Shown: in pieces, positions 38,869 to 52,539 of the stretch
How positions within the stretch are numbered: position 1 is the stretch's first letter
How the letters are laid out: every line of letters starts with the position of its first letter
Assembly (NCBI RefSeq): GCF_018350175.1
Contig: NC_058368.1
Span: 37,264,001 to 37,328,000 of the forward strand
Length of the DNA stretch: 64,000 nucleotides
Direction of reading: 5' to 3'
Source of the DNA: Felis catus
Lineage: Eukaryota
The notes under the pieces: model-generated
The model's database searches: none
Told to the model about the DNA's origin: nothing
Seen by the model: only the letters and a program-made list of their open reading frames with translations
Program-made: the position numbers and the translations under genes

Positions 38869-39141
38869 TAGAACCTCTTAGTTTTAACTTCATATATAAT
38901 ACCAGGTACTGCATACTATAAAAATGTAGCAAGAAGGAAGAAGAGGATCTAGAAAAATAAAAATGTATTGATTACCTACTATGTGTCTGGCATTATATTT
39001 GTATTATTTCTAGTTAAGTGATTACTGTGATGCATTTCAGATTCCCAAGACAGTATTTAGACACTATGAAAAAGAGACAGCAATTAGGGGCATCTGGTTT
39101 GCCCTAGAATGACCCAAACATTTTTATCTATCCTTTCTTTT

Positions 39142-39369
39142 CCTTCCTCCCTCCCTCCCTCCCTTCCTTCATTCCTTCCTTCATGTTTATTTATTTTTGA
39201 GAGAGAGGGCATGAGCGAGAGAGGGGTAAAGGAGACACAGAATCTGAAGCAGGCTTCAGGCTCTAAGCTGTCAGCACAGAGCCCGACGTGGGGCTTGAAC
39301 TCATGAACTGTGAGATCACGACCTGAGCAGAAGTTGGGCATCCAACCAACTGAGCCACCCAGGCGCCCC
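39142..39369 (-). mobile_element. CanSINE with a (TTCC)/(CCCT) tail
   Basis: SINE body; TSD tatcctttctttt. Confidence 0.93.
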
Positions 39370-40099
39370 TATCCTTTCTTTTTAATGAGAGTAATACCTA
39401 ACCTTGACTGTGTAGGTAAGAACTTTGCCAAGGACCATAACAAAATTACACAGTGTTCACTGCTGCATCTTTTTACAATTAAAATTCATTATTACTGTTG
39501 AAATTTCTTTAATCTTTCTATTTATGAAACATACTGGGAATTTGTTTTCAGAAGATGGACTTATTGCCTTATAATAGTCTGGTAATTTCCTCCAAGATTC
39601 TTCAACCTGGGTTTTTCAACTTAAGTTCATGGACTTTGAGGAGAACTAGAAATGGGCAGACCTCAGGCTCTATCATTACTTCTTTGCTTTTATACATAGT
39701 TTAAATAAACATAAGTCCATAAATATTCTAGTCCAGTTTGTCTTGCTTCCTTCTTGTATTTTACATGACTATGATAATTTAGTATATATTATTTTTTGTC
39801 CATCTTAATATTGTGAGATTCTTCCATATTACCACTTTTTAAAAATTTATACATATGGGTGAGGGCTTAGTAGTACCTCATGATTCTAATTAGCATTTCT
39901 CTGAATATTTTCCATCTGGAAATATCCATCTAGATATCTTCATTTCTGTCAGTTTAGTGCAAATTATGCTGTTGTTTAATGAAAGAAAGGAAAAAAAATA
40001 AGCGTGATGAATAGAGTAAAAAAAAAAAAAGAAGAGAAGAAAAAAAGAAAAAGAAAATTTAAGGACCTACGTTAACATAAGTGTATTTTTCATACAGTG

Positions 40100-40372
40100 C
40101 ATGGTCATGTTGAGCTGGCTGTGACTCTGCTCCAGAGGTTCTGTGCTCTTGGACCTAAGCAGATGAAGAAGACTCTTCATGAACATTGCTTGTCTCATGC
40201 CAAATGGAAAGGGGAATCTGGTAGGTACACTCCATGGATTAAAGCTTTTGCTTAGAAGTGGCACATGTCATTTTCCCTAATATTTCATTGGCCAAAGCAG
40301 TTTTCATGGTGAAATCTTTTATCACTGGGACAAAGAAGAGTGTGAAGTTTTGTAAAATAATGTGATCTATCA
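40100..40372 (-). mobile_element. Old MLT1 LTR fragment
   Basis: ttaaagcttttgcttagaagtggcacatgtc...atttcattggccaaagcag motifs. Confidence 0.55.
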
Positions 40373-40983
40373 AATCGTCTTGTGGGAGCTTCAAATTATT
40401 TATCCATTTTTCTTCTTAATCAGTTTTTCTCCCAATTTATTAATGCTTTTACTTTGGTTTTGTAGATCTTCCTCTATTTTGTTTTTGTATTTTATTAGTT
40501 CCCAATTTTATCTTTGTTATTTACTTACTATATAATCTTTAATTTAGTATGTCTTTTATACATTGACTTCTTATGATGACTTATTGATTATCAACATTCT
40601 CATTTTTATTTAATGGTATATATTTCATTCTGATTTAAGTTGTAACCCACCCACAGGTTTTAATATGTGCTATTTTCATTAACAAGCAATCAAAATACTT
40701 TAAAAAAACTAAATCATAGCTTTTTTCTTTAATCAGTGAGTTAAAATTTCCAAACACATTGAGATTTCTTCATCTTTTCTCATTCATTTCTAGTTTAATT
40801 GTGATCAGAGAAATACTTTATATGATTTCCATCTCTTCACCTTAATTGCCAAGAATAGTGAAGTCATATAATAAATGTGTTTTATGTAGAAAAAGGTATA
40901 TTTTAGTTAAAGTAGGGGAAATGGCTTGCATGCACATTCTTACAAGATCAACTTACTAATCTTTTTGTTCAGTATAATATATC

Positions 40984-41179
40984 AAGTGGTGCGGAAAACT
41001 CAAGCCAACTTTCCTGAACCTAATGTGCGTATCTTTTCCCACCTCAGGATTCATGACAGATGTTGGGAGCTTGAAATCTGCTGTGGTGAGAGAATTAACA
41101 CCACAAATTCAGTAAATATGATAAACCAGGGCTTTTGTTATTGAGAGCCAGTTATTAAACATTTACCAGGACACCATTG
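40984..41179. mobile_element. MER63-like hAT DNA transposon
   Basis: gagagccagttattaaacatttaccaggacaccattg resembles the MER63 terminus. Confidence 0.65.
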
Positions 41180-41187
41180 ACTATATT

Positions 41188-41378
41188 CTTTTTTTTTAAG
41201 TTCATTTATTTTTGAGAGAGAGAGAGAGAGGCAGGGACGGAAAGAGGGGGGACAGAGGATACGAAATGGGCTCTGCACTGTCATCACAGAGCCCAATGTG
41301 GGACTTGAACTCAGAAACCATAAGATCATGACCTGAGCCAAAGCCAGCTGCTTAACCAACTGAGCCACCCAGGCTCCC
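41188..41378 (-). mobile_element. CanSINE
   Basis: TSD caccattg(a/g)ctatatt. Confidence 0.93.
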
Positions 41379-44300
41379 CACCATTGGCTATATTTTTATG
41401 TGTATGTGTGTGCATACCCACTACCAGTCACTGAGAATAAGTATGTTAAAATTTCCCACCAAGATCATGTATAGATATTTTCCTATAGGTAGGTTTATCA
41501 ATTGTTATTTATTTTGAAGCTTACATTATTCTAAATTTAAGATTGTTACATCTGATTGCTGAATTGAACCTTTTATCACAATGAAATGACCCTCTTTACC
41601 TCTAGTGATAATTTTGTACTTTATACTCTACTTTGAAATTAACAGAAGTGTATGAGTTATTTTTATTAGATTTTCCATGGAATATATCTTTACATAATTG
41701 AATAATTAAGATAGGTCTCTTATAAACAGATATAAAAGTTTTATTTTTATCCAATTGACAGTCTTCTCTTATAAATGAAGCATTTAGGTGATTTACATTA
41801 AATATTGTTACTCACATGTTTCCTTTAAATCTCCCAATTTATTAAGTGATTTGTCTTTTCTTCATCTGTGCTATGTCTTGCTTCTTTTGGAAGTGATCAT
41901 GTGCATTTTATTTTTTATTTTTTTCCTTTCTCCAGCTTAGAAGTATTTTTTAAAATTTGCTTTCAAGTGAATATATGTGTATTCAGAAAATATATAAATA
42001 TATTTATATATATATTCAGAAAAAAAAACTAAGGGAATATTGTATATGCCTAAATTCATATAGACAGAAAGAGAGAGGGAGAGAGGTGTATTACAACATT
42101 TATGGAACAGTTAATCTTCAAGCTAGTAAAAAATAAAAATACAACAGAATGCACACAGTCATTCCGGAAAGATATAAGGACAGTGAGAAAAAAAGACAGC
42201 ATGGATGAAGCAAAGACAAATCACTTAATAAAATGGAAAACTTAGGTAACAATATTAGATGTAAGTAAACTAAACATTCCATTTATTACAGAAGATTGTC
42301 ATATTGGATGAAATTTTTCAATTTTATTCTATTTATAACAGGTTTTATAGTTTTTTTTTAACCTGATGCTAATAACTCTAGTATCTGCAGTGCCCATCTT
42401 TCTGTTTCTATTTTCTGTTGTTTCTTTGGGTTTTGTTAATTTGTTTCATTTACTTGAATTTCCAGTTATTTTAATAGTGTGTGAGATATTGAATTTTCAA
42501 TACTGTTTATAGAAATATTTGTATAGCTGGCATGATATTATCCTGCTAAGAAGGATTTACGATTGTTTTTGCCAGTCAGTTGTGGAAAGTAACCATCCAG
42601 AATCATAGCAATCAGTTTCAAGTATTAAGTTAGATGGAAGCTGAGTTGAAGTCCTAGTGGTAGTCTGTCATTTCTTGTTCAGATTGATGCCTAAATTTCA
42701 GCCTTTGTTGGTTCAGCCAAAGCAAGGAAGTTTATCAAGGACCTTTTGCAGAGTCCTTTGATTCCGGCCCTAGACCCCTGAGCACATTAGTCCATTAAAT
42801 TCTCTCTCAGCCTCTCAGCTTCTCCGTTGTCTTCTCTTCAGTTTTCAGGTGTAATGGATCTCCAGTTTCTTGTCTTACTTCTCTGGGCCTATGTCTTTCT
42901 CCTTATCAATTCTGGTCAGTTCTTTATCTTACAATTTTTTTTAAAGTTATCTTAAACGTTTGAGAATTTAAAAATATTTGTCCAGAGAATAGTTGATTCA
43001 ATTTAAGTAGTGTATCGTTACTGAAAAGAAGCCCTTGATATCATGGGAATTTATTTTAACTGCATGATGACAAAAATATTTTTTCTTTTAATGCCTTTTC
43101 TTTTTGAAGAAGTTCCTCTAGTCTTTATCTTTATGAAATCCTTTTCAAGTAGTTGGGGTATGGAAGGAATTATCTCCAGTTTACACATGCCATAACAAAG
43201 ACATAGAATATGAGGCATAAAGATGTTAGTTTAATTGTATATCTCACAAACATGGACATAGAGTTGTGGATTTGAGTACTTCTTTCTAAGTAAGTAGCAT
43301 CAGTAATGTTAAAGGATCCTGGCTCAGCTAAAGTGGGAGAAATGGCCTTATTAAGATTTCACCTTTTTATTCTCCCTACCAAATGGCTAAACTTAAGAAT
43401 AGCACGCCTAGGCTTATGTCTTATTTGGGTGAAAAGTGGTTGTCATGTAGTAATACTCAACAAAATTTTGTTAAGATAGATGTGATTTAGTTTCAGTAGA
43501 TCTTATTAAAAATTAATAACCTGTTTCCTTTCTAGTATTGTTCTATTGAAAAGTAAAATTCTTAAGGATTTTTTTCCTTTTTGCATGTTAATGATGTCTC
43601 CTCTTATCATATTCTCTAAGAAACTGTTGGATTTCTGGTTACATAAAATATACTTTCTATGTGGAACATAAAAATATAAAAGCATCTGTATGTGCATTTA
43701 TCTATGGCAACACATTTCACTTGGATATATTTGACAGAGAATGATATTTTAATATGGTTGAGGTTAAGATTTATTTTGAAAGATTAAAAACAGAATTTCA
43801 CAATTTTGTAACCTATCCGTGGGATCCTATTTGGTATATGTTACCCACCCTAGGTCTTTCCTCACTTGTTATAGATTTGATTCTCAGAGGTGTAGACTAG
43901 GGCACTGAGCCTATTTATAGACAGTGTTCATCTGGATGAAATCAGGCAAGAATTTTTGCTTGGAAATTACATAGTGATCAAACCTAATCTGGGGCATTTA
44001 CAATTTACACATGCAGAAGTATGTGCTACAAATTTATCTCATCCACTAGGTTTGGTAAAATGAGATGAAAGCCTGTAATAATAAGATCAATTTATGAATT
44101 ATTATACATGATTAGAGCCATCGGGAGGGAACTGGACATAAATAGATGCGTTCTCTAGTTCTCCTTGCGGGTCATTATCTTCTGGGGCATTGCAAAATAT
44201 GGGTAACGTGATTGGTGGATTCAGTTCATGTGAGTTTTCTCTGTCATAATGAATTTGACAAAATTTTATAATAAAACTAGTCCAGGAAAGACTAGGAAAA

Positions 44301-45154
44301 ATGAGACGTCATCTTGTTTCTTTTCCTCTCTGACCTGTCCCCCACTTTACTCAAAACGAATTCTGGCAGGGCTGGCAAAGCGATCGGAAAATTACAAGGA
44401 GTGGTCCAACAGGAGGAAAAATGTAATAACATGCTAGTAATGTAGTATGAATGAAGCAAGAGGTATTGCTACTTTTTGATCTAATTCCATAAAAGAAGGT
44501 AATCACTACTTCCCTGTGCTGTGCGATTATAGAAATGTCAGTACAATTTTAAGGTTTTATATAGCCCTTGGGTTTTTAACTTAAATTAGATGCAGCAAGA
44601 ATAGTAAAGATTTAAAGACAAGCCAGGAAATAGTCATTTAGTGTGGTTATCAAGGAGAATTCTGCTAAAGCTAGAAGTAGTATGGGTAGTATGAAAAATA
44701 TTTATGTCATTTCCAGTTTAGTGATTAACCAATAATTCACAAAAGGAACCTACTAAAATTAGATATTTTCCAAATTTTATGGAGGTTTTTCTGAATAATC
44801 TGATCGATGGTTTCTTTTACTGTTCATACTGCATTTTAGATTCCAAAGGAAGCATTTTAGAGATTTTTATGGGAGGGAGATGGCAATTACGGACATCTGG
44901 ATTGCTCCAGGCATGACCCAAACAGTTTTTACTTGTCCCCTCCTCTTTAATGAGAATAATGATATCTAACGATGACTGCCTTGGTGAGAACTTTGCCAAC
45001 AACAGTAATGAAATTACAAAGTATCTTTTTGCAATTAAAATTTAATATCACTGTGGAAATTTATGTACTATTTATGCAACATGTTGAGAATTTAGAAGAT
45101 GGGCTTATTTCCTTATAATAACCTAAGCATTTCTTCCAGTGTAGAATTCCTTTA

Positions 45155-45367
45155 AAATTTTTTTTTAATGTTTATTTTTGAAGGAGAGAGAGACAGAGTA
45201 TGAGTGGGGGGGGGGGGTGGAGAGAGAGAGAGACACAGAATCTGAAGCAGGCTCCAGGCTCTGAGCTGTCAGCACAGAGCCCGACGTGGGGCCGAACCCA
45301 CAAACCGCAAAATCATGACCTGAGCCAAAGTCGGACACTCAACCGACTGAGCCACCCAGGCATCCCC
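45155..45367 (-). mobile_element. SINEC_Fc
   Basis: SINE body; TSD agaattcctt. Confidence 0.94.
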
Positions 45368-45859
45368 AGAATTCCTTAATCAGGGTCTATGGGTTTTGTG
45401 GAGATTTATAAATAGGATGGACCTCAGGGATCAGAAGCACAGTATTCTGGAGTTAATGACTTCTTCTTATTCTCAAAGGAAACTTGTTCCTCAAAAGCTA
45501 ACACTCATTTGGGAGTGTGCTCCTTATATCACTACATGGCATTTTGAAAGAAAGACGTGGGACAAGAACCATATCCTAGGACGACATATTTATAATTAGC
45601 ACATAAAACACTTTTATGGTTATTAGGACATTTGAATGCAGATTATGAAAGCACAGCAAAGTGGAAGGGAAAGTTTTAGGTAAATAAAATGCATTGATTG
45701 TCTACCACAGGCTTTATGTCTTGTCCACATACAGATTTCATTCTTGTAGAATAAGTTGTATGCTTGTATATTACTAACTGATGACTATTTGGGATACGAA
45801 TAGTTTTTAATGTCAACATTAATTATGCCTTAATCAAAGTCATTGAATTTGACAGAAGC

Positions 45860-46065
45860 TAGTGATCTGTGTCCTCAAACTGTGCTCCACATTAGAATTA
45901 TCCTGGGAATGTTTAAAGCACTCCAGAGCATTGGTCACCCCCAGAACACCTGTGTCAAATACTCTAAGGAAGGGTTTGCACACTGACATTTTTGTTGTTA
46001 TTGTTGTTTTTTTAATATCTTCTCAGGTGATTCCATTGTTCAGAGGGTATTAAGAACCACTGCTT
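45860..46065. mobile_element. MER5-like hAT-Charlie remnant
   Basis: ctcaaactgtgctccacattagaattatcctggg...caggtgattcc...aagaaccactg. Confidence 0.65.
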
Positions 46066-47022
46066 AACTATTTAAATGAATGATACCTAATAATATCATT
46101 CAAGCAGTACATACATTCAAGTACAATTTTACTTAATTTTTCCTGACAAACTAGCAATTCATTCATTCATTATTCATTAAATATACATTTATAGAATGCC
46201 TGCTGATAGGTGAGCACTTGGTAAGATGTTGACAATTAGTGATAAATGTTTGGGTTTTATTCTCAAGGACATTACAAACAAAAAAGTAAAAGGATTATTC
46301 TTTTGGGGCTTGAATTACCATTGATAGGAAGATGCTCAAGTAGTTTTGAGAGAAAAGCAGTTTAAAAAATTCTTTGTGGTTTTGATATGTTGAGGTTTTT
46401 CAAATAGACTTCAGACATTTTTTTTCATCATTTTCATTGTTCATTTCATCCAACTGTCAAAAGATTTAGCACAGTTTTATAATACTTCCTACACAGGCAA
46501 CTGGACTCAAATGGAGTGAAACACTTTACCTTTTATCTCTAAATTCAAGACTCCAAAATCTTCTTTGAGCATTCAGAAGAGTCCAGCTGTCCTACTTTAT
46601 TTCCCTGTAAACTGGCTTTTAAATTTTTCTTGCAGGTTAGAAGTAATAAATGAGTTCAACCATACAGCAAGTTCACAAATCAATATGCAAAATCAATTAT
46701 ATTCTATACACTAGCAGTAAACAATATGAAAATGAAAGTAAGAAAACAGTTCCATGTAAAATAGGCTGGAGGAGAGAGGGGTAAAATGGGCTTGAGTTTG
46801 TGAAGTAACGAAAATGTTCTATTGGTTGCAAAATTCTGTTAATATACTAGAAAGCAGTTGAATTGTACACTTAAAATAGTTGACTTTTATGGCATGTGAG
46901 TTATATTTTAATAATTTCATTAATAAATTCCCTTGTAGGACTATCACATGTCATCTCTTCTCCTGACAATACCATCTCTGTAGTCCTCATTTTCAGCCTA
47001 ACTCTGGTCTCTTGTTTCTAAA

Positions 47023-47078
47023 CATACACACATGCACGCACACACACACGTGCGTGCACACACACACACGCACAAGCA
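47023..47078 (+). repeat. Imperfect (CA)n/(CG) microsatellite
   Basis: Read directly from the sequence. Confidence 0.85.
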
Positions 47079-47149
47079 TACAAGAGGAGTAAAACTGCAC
47101 CCCTTCTTTTCTATCCTCAACCCCATCTCCTGTTGCCTCCTCTGGGTTC

Positions 47150-47570
47150 TTTGTTGGTGTCTTCTTCCCCTTGGACTCTCTGTATTGGCATTCTGGATTC
47201 AGTCCATTGAACTCTAGCTATACCAGATTCCTAGGGGATCACAACCAGTCTCATGGCATTGAATACTGTCTGTATATGAATGAATTCCATGTGTATCTCT
47301 AGCATAGTGTTTATCTGAAACTCTCTTCCACCTGCCAACTTGACATCTAAAACTTCATTCCCAGTGCTCAGCTCCTTTTTCCACACCTCCCAGGCCTTTT
47401 TCTTCCTACAGGTTCTTCCCTGCCTCAGCAAATGACAACTTTAGCCTTCTGTGTGTTTAGACCCAAATCTGTGGAATGCTTCTTGACTTCTTTCTTTTAG
47501 TATATCTTGCTAATGACTTTTTATTTCCTGTGCTATCATACTAGTCTACACCACCATGATGTTATTAAGC
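47150..47570 (+). mobile_element. L2 remnant
   Basis: ggttcttccctgcctcagcaaatgacaac...cccaaatc..ggaat..ttcttgacttc L2 motifs. Confidence 0.55.
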
Positions 47571-47804
47571 CTCATTCTGGTACTCTGGGTATCAAGTGGG
47601 GAAAGGGAGTTCGGGATGTTTACATTCAGAATGTATTTTTCACTTTATGTCCCTGATTTCGGTGCCATGCCGCTAGTCTTAGTGTGGTGTGTATTCCCTA
47701 TTTTATAATCCCTCTCATGCAGCCACTAGATAGTAATCTTTGACTCGTCTGTGTTGGAGTAGGAGTCCTCTATCTGAGCAGAGAGGGAAAGGACATTTTG
47801 CTAT

Positions 47805-47990
47805 TTTTTAACAATGTTTTATTTATTTTTGAGAGGGAGAGTCAGAGTGTGAGTGTGGAGAGGCAGGCTAAAGCAGGCTCAGGGTCTGAGCTATCAGCAC
47901 ACAGCCCAACACAGGACTCAAACTCACAAGCTGTGACATCATGACCTGAGCTGAAGTGAGACACTTAACCAACTAAGCTACCCAGGCACC
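47805..47990 (-). mobile_element. CanSINE (diverged)
   Basis: SINE body and T-rich tail. Confidence 0.88.
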
Positions 47991-48448
47991 TGGGGAGGAG
48001 AAATTTAGGGGTCTATTTGCTTTTCTTTTTTGTTTACTATTTTTATTTTAAATTTAAATTCAAGTTAGTTAATATATAGTGTAGTATTAGTTTCACGAGT
48101 AGAACCTAGTGATTCATCACGTGGATATAATACCCGGTGCTCATCCCAACAAGTGCCCTCTCCAATGCCCATCACCCATTTAGCCCATCCCCCCACCCGC
48201 CTCCCCTTCAGCCACTCTCAGTTTGTTCTCTGTATTTAAGAGTCTCTTATGATTTGCCTATCTCTGTTTCTTTCTTGTCCTTCTCTTTCCCTATGTTCAT
48301 CTGTTTTGTCTCTTAAATTCCACATATGAGTGAAATCATATATTTGTCTTTCTGATTGACTTATGTTGCTTAGCATAATTCACATCTAGTTTCATCCATA
48401 TTGTTGGAAATGGCAAGATTTCACTTTCCAATCGCCAAGCAATATTCC

Positions 48449-48452
<4 letters not shown>

Positions 48453-48500
<48 letters not shown>

Positions 48501-48547
48501 TATATATACACATATATATATATACATATATATACACATATATATAT
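48453..48547 (+). repeat. (TA)n/(CA)n microsatellite inside L1 ORF2
   Basis: Read directly from the sequence. Confidence 0.95.
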
Positions 48548-49063
48548 CTCACTACTTCTTTATCCATTCATCAGTCGATGGACATTTGTGCTCTTGCCAT
48601 AATTTGGCTATTGTTGCTAGCACTGCTTTAAACAGTGCTAGGGGAGCACCTACCCCTGTGAATAGCATTTTTGTATCCTTTGGATAAATACCTGGTAGTG
48701 CAACTGCTGGGTTGTAGGGTAGTTCTATTTTTAATTTTCTGATTGTTATTCAGAGTGGTTGAGCTGGTTTGCATTCCCACAAACAGTGTAAGAGGGTTCC
48801 CTTTTCTCCCCATCCTTAACAATATCTGTTGTTTCCAGAGTTGTTAATTTTAGGCATTCTTTTTGGCAGGTTTGAGGTGGTACCTCATTGTGGTTTTGAT
48901 TTGTAGTCCTCTGATGATGAGTGATGTTGAGCATCTTTTCATACACCAGAATGCTGGTGTCTGTTAGCCATCTAGATGTCTTTTTTGGAAAAATGTCTGT
49001 TCATGTCTTCCGCGCATTTCTTCACTGGATTATTTGTTTTTGGGTGTTGAGCTCAGTAAGTTC

Positions 49064-49273
49064 TTTTTTTAATTAAAATTTTTAACATTTATTTATTTTT
49101 GAGAGACAGAGCACAAGCAAGGGAGGGGCAGAGAGAGAGGGAGACACAGAATCCAAGCAGGCTCCAGGCTCTGAGCTAACAGCACAGAGCCCAACATGGG
49201 ACTTGAACTCATGAGCCGTGAGATCAAGACCTGAGCCGAAGTCAGGTGCTTAACCCAGCCATCCAGGTGCCCC
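49064..49273 (-). mobile_element. CanSINE inserted in L1 ORF2
   Basis: SINE body; taagttcttt on both flanks. Confidence 0.93.
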
Positions 49274-52200
49274 GAGTTTGATAAGTTCTTTATAGATTTT
49301 GGATACTAACCCTTTATCAGATATGTCATTTGCAAATATCTTCTCTCATTCCATCAGTTGCCTTTGAGTTTTGTTGATTGTTTCCTTCACTGTGCAGAAG
49401 TTTTGTTTTGTTTTGTTTTTTAATCTTGATGAGGTCCTAATAGTTTGTTTTTGCTTTTGTTTCCCTTGCCTCCAGAAACATGTAAAGTAAGAAATTTCTG
49501 TGGCTGACGGTTGCTGCCTGTTTTGTCCTCTAGGATTTTGATGGTTTCCTGTCTCACAATTAGGTCTTTCATCCATTTTAAATTTATTTTTGTGTATGGT
49601 GTAGGAAAGTGGTCCAGATTCATTCTACTGCATGCAACTGTCCAGTTTTACCAGCACCATTTGCTGAAGAGATTGTCTTTTTGTCATTGGATAGTCTTTC
49701 CCGCTTTGTCAAAGATAAGTTGGTCATATGTTTGTGGGTCCATTTCTGGGTTCTCTATTCTGTTCCATTGATCTATGTGTCTGTTTTTCTGCCAGTACCA
49801 TACTCTCTTGATGATTGCAGCTTTGTAATACATCTTGAAGTCTGGGATTGTGATGCCTCCAGGTTTGGTTTTCTTTTTCAGCATTACTTTGGCTATTCAC
49901 GGTCTTTTCTGCCTCTATACAAATTATGTCATTGGTTGTTCTAGCTCTATGAAGAATGCTGGTGTTATTTTGTTAGTGACTGCATTGAATATGTGGACTT
50001 CTCTGGGTAGTATTGACATTTTAACAATATTTGTTCTTCCAATTAATGAGCATTGACTGTTTCTCCATTTCTTTGTGTCTTTCTAATTTCTTTCGTAAGC
50101 TTTCTCTAGTTTTGAGCATGCAGATCTTTTACCTCTTTGGTTAGGTTTATTCCTAGGTATCTTATGTTTTTTGGTGCAATTGTAAATGGGATCAATTCCT
50201 TGATTTCTTTTTTTGCTTCTTTATTATTGGTGTATATAAATGCAACCTATTTCTGTACATTGATTTTGTATCCTGTGACTTTGCTGAATTCTTGATTTGG
50301 TTCTGGTAGAGTCTTTGGGGTTTTGTGGTGGAGTCTTTGGGGTTTTCCTCAGAGAGTATCATGTCATCTGTGAAGAATGAAAGTTTACTTCTTCCTTGCC
50401 AATTTGTATGCCATTTATTTATTTAATTAGTTAGTTAGTTACTTAGTTGTTGCTGTCTAATTGCTGAAGCTAGGACTTCTAGTACTATGTTGAACAACAG
50501 TGGTGAAAATGGACATCCCTCTCATGTTCCTAACCTTAGGATGAAAGCTCTCAGTTTTCCCCACTGAGGATGATATTAGCTGTAGGTCTTTCATATATGG
50601 CCTTTATGATGAGGTATATTTCTTCTATCCCTACTTTCTTGAGGCTTTTTATTAAGAAAGGATGCTGTACTTTGTCAAATACTTTTTCTGCATCTATTGA
50701 GAGGATCATATGGTTCTTATCCTTTCATTGATTAATGTGGTGTATCACATTGATTGATTTGTGAATACTGAATGAGACCTGCAGCCCAGGAGTAAATCCC
50801 ACTTGATCATGATGAATAATTCTTTTAATGTACTATTGGATTCGATTCACTAGTGTCTTGTTAAGAATTTTTGCATCCAGGTTGATCAGGGATATTGGCC
50901 TCTAATTCTCCTTTTTAGTGGGGTCTTTCTCTGATTTTGGAATCAAGGTAATGCTGGCTTCATAGAATGAATTTGGAAGTTTTCCTTCCATTTCTATTTT
51001 TTGGAACAGTTTGAGAAGAATAGGTACTAACTCTGCTTTAAATGTCTCATAGAATTCCCCTGGGCAGCCATCTGGCCCAGGACTCTTGTTTGTTGGGATA
51101 TTTTTGATAACTGTTTCAATTTCTTTGCTGGCTGTGAGTCTGTTCAAATTTGCTATTTCTTCCTGTTTTAGTTTTGGTAATGCATGGGTTTCTAGGAATT
51201 TGTCCATTTTGACCAGATTGCCCAGTTCTCTTATAATTCTCTTATAATTATTTGTGTTTCTATGGTGTTGGTTTCATTCGTGATTTTATCTATTTGGGTC
51301 CTCTCTTTTCTTTTTGATAAGTATGGCTGGGGGTTATTAATTTTTTCTATTCTTTCAAATAACCAGTATTTAGTTTCATTAATCTGTTCTGACTTTTTTG
51401 TTTGTTTGTTTCTATAACATTTAATTTTGCTCTAATCTTTATTATTTCCCTCCTTTTGCTGGCTTTAAGGTTTATTTGCTGCTCCTTTTCTACCTCCTTT
51501 CGGTATAAGTTTAGGTTGTGTATTTGGGACCTTTCTTGACAGACCTGAATTACAATGTACTTTCCTCTTAGGTCTGGATTTGCTACATTCCAAAGGGTTT
51601 GGACTGTAGGTTTTTTAAAATTTCTTCTATAATTTCATGATTAACCTATCATTCTTTAGTAGGATGTTCTCTAACCTCTATATATTTGATGGCTTTCCAA
51701 ATTTTTTATTGTGGTTTATTTCAAGTTCATAGTGTTATTATCTGAAAATACGCATGGTATGACCTTGATCTTTTGTACCTGTTGAGGGCTGATTTGTGAC
51801 CCACCGTGTGATCTGTTCTGGACAATGCTCCACATGCTCTCAAGAAGAATGTATTCTACTGCTTTAGGATGAAATGTTCTGAATATATCTGTTAAGTCCA
51901 TCTGGTCCAGTGTGTCTTTCAAAGCCGTAGTTTCCTTGTTGATTTTCTGTTTAGATGATCTGTCCATTTCTCTAAGTGTGGTATTAGGGTCCCCTAGTAA
52001 TATGGTATTCTTATCAATGAATTCCTTTATGTTTGTTATTAATTTATTTATATATTTGGGTGCTTTCAAGTTGGGGACATAAATAATTATGTTTACTAGA
52101 TCTTGAGAAATAGACCTCTTAATGATGATATAATGCCCTTCATCTCTTGTTACAGTCTTTGTTTTCAAATCTAGTTTGTCCTATATAAATATGGTTACTC

Positions 52201-52539
52201 TGGCTTTCTTTTGACCTCTATTAGCATGATAAATGTTGCCACGCCTCACTTTCAACCTGCAGTGACTTAGGTCTAAAATAAGAAGTGAGTCTTTTTAGGT
52301 AGCATATAGATGGATCTTGTTTTTGTGTTTGTTTTAACCATTGTGATACCCTATATCTTTTGATTGGGGCATTTAGTCCATTTACATTCAGAGTGATTAT
52401 TGAAAGGTATGAATTTGTCATTGTGTTACCTGTAGAGTTGGTGTTTCTGGTGATGTTCTCTGGTCCTTTGTAGTCTTTGTTGCTTTGGTTAGTTGTTTGT
52501 TGTTGTTGGGTTTTTGGTTTGTTTTTTTTTTTTCTCCAC

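Larger units (their letters stand above)
40400..42600 (-). mobile_element. Highly degenerate L1M ORF2/inter-ORF fragments, including an inverted (+) piece at about 42050-42340
   Basis: gaattgaaccttttatcacaatgaaatgaccctctttacc; ataggtctcttataaacag...tatccaat are the reverse complement of endonuclease N-terminal motifs. Confidence 0.55.
48313..52421 (-). pseudogene. Disrupted L1 ORF2 (endonuclease / reverse transcriptase) of the host L1
   Basis: [35 protein letters not shown]...[26 protein letters not shown]; many frameshifts. Confidence 0.93.
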
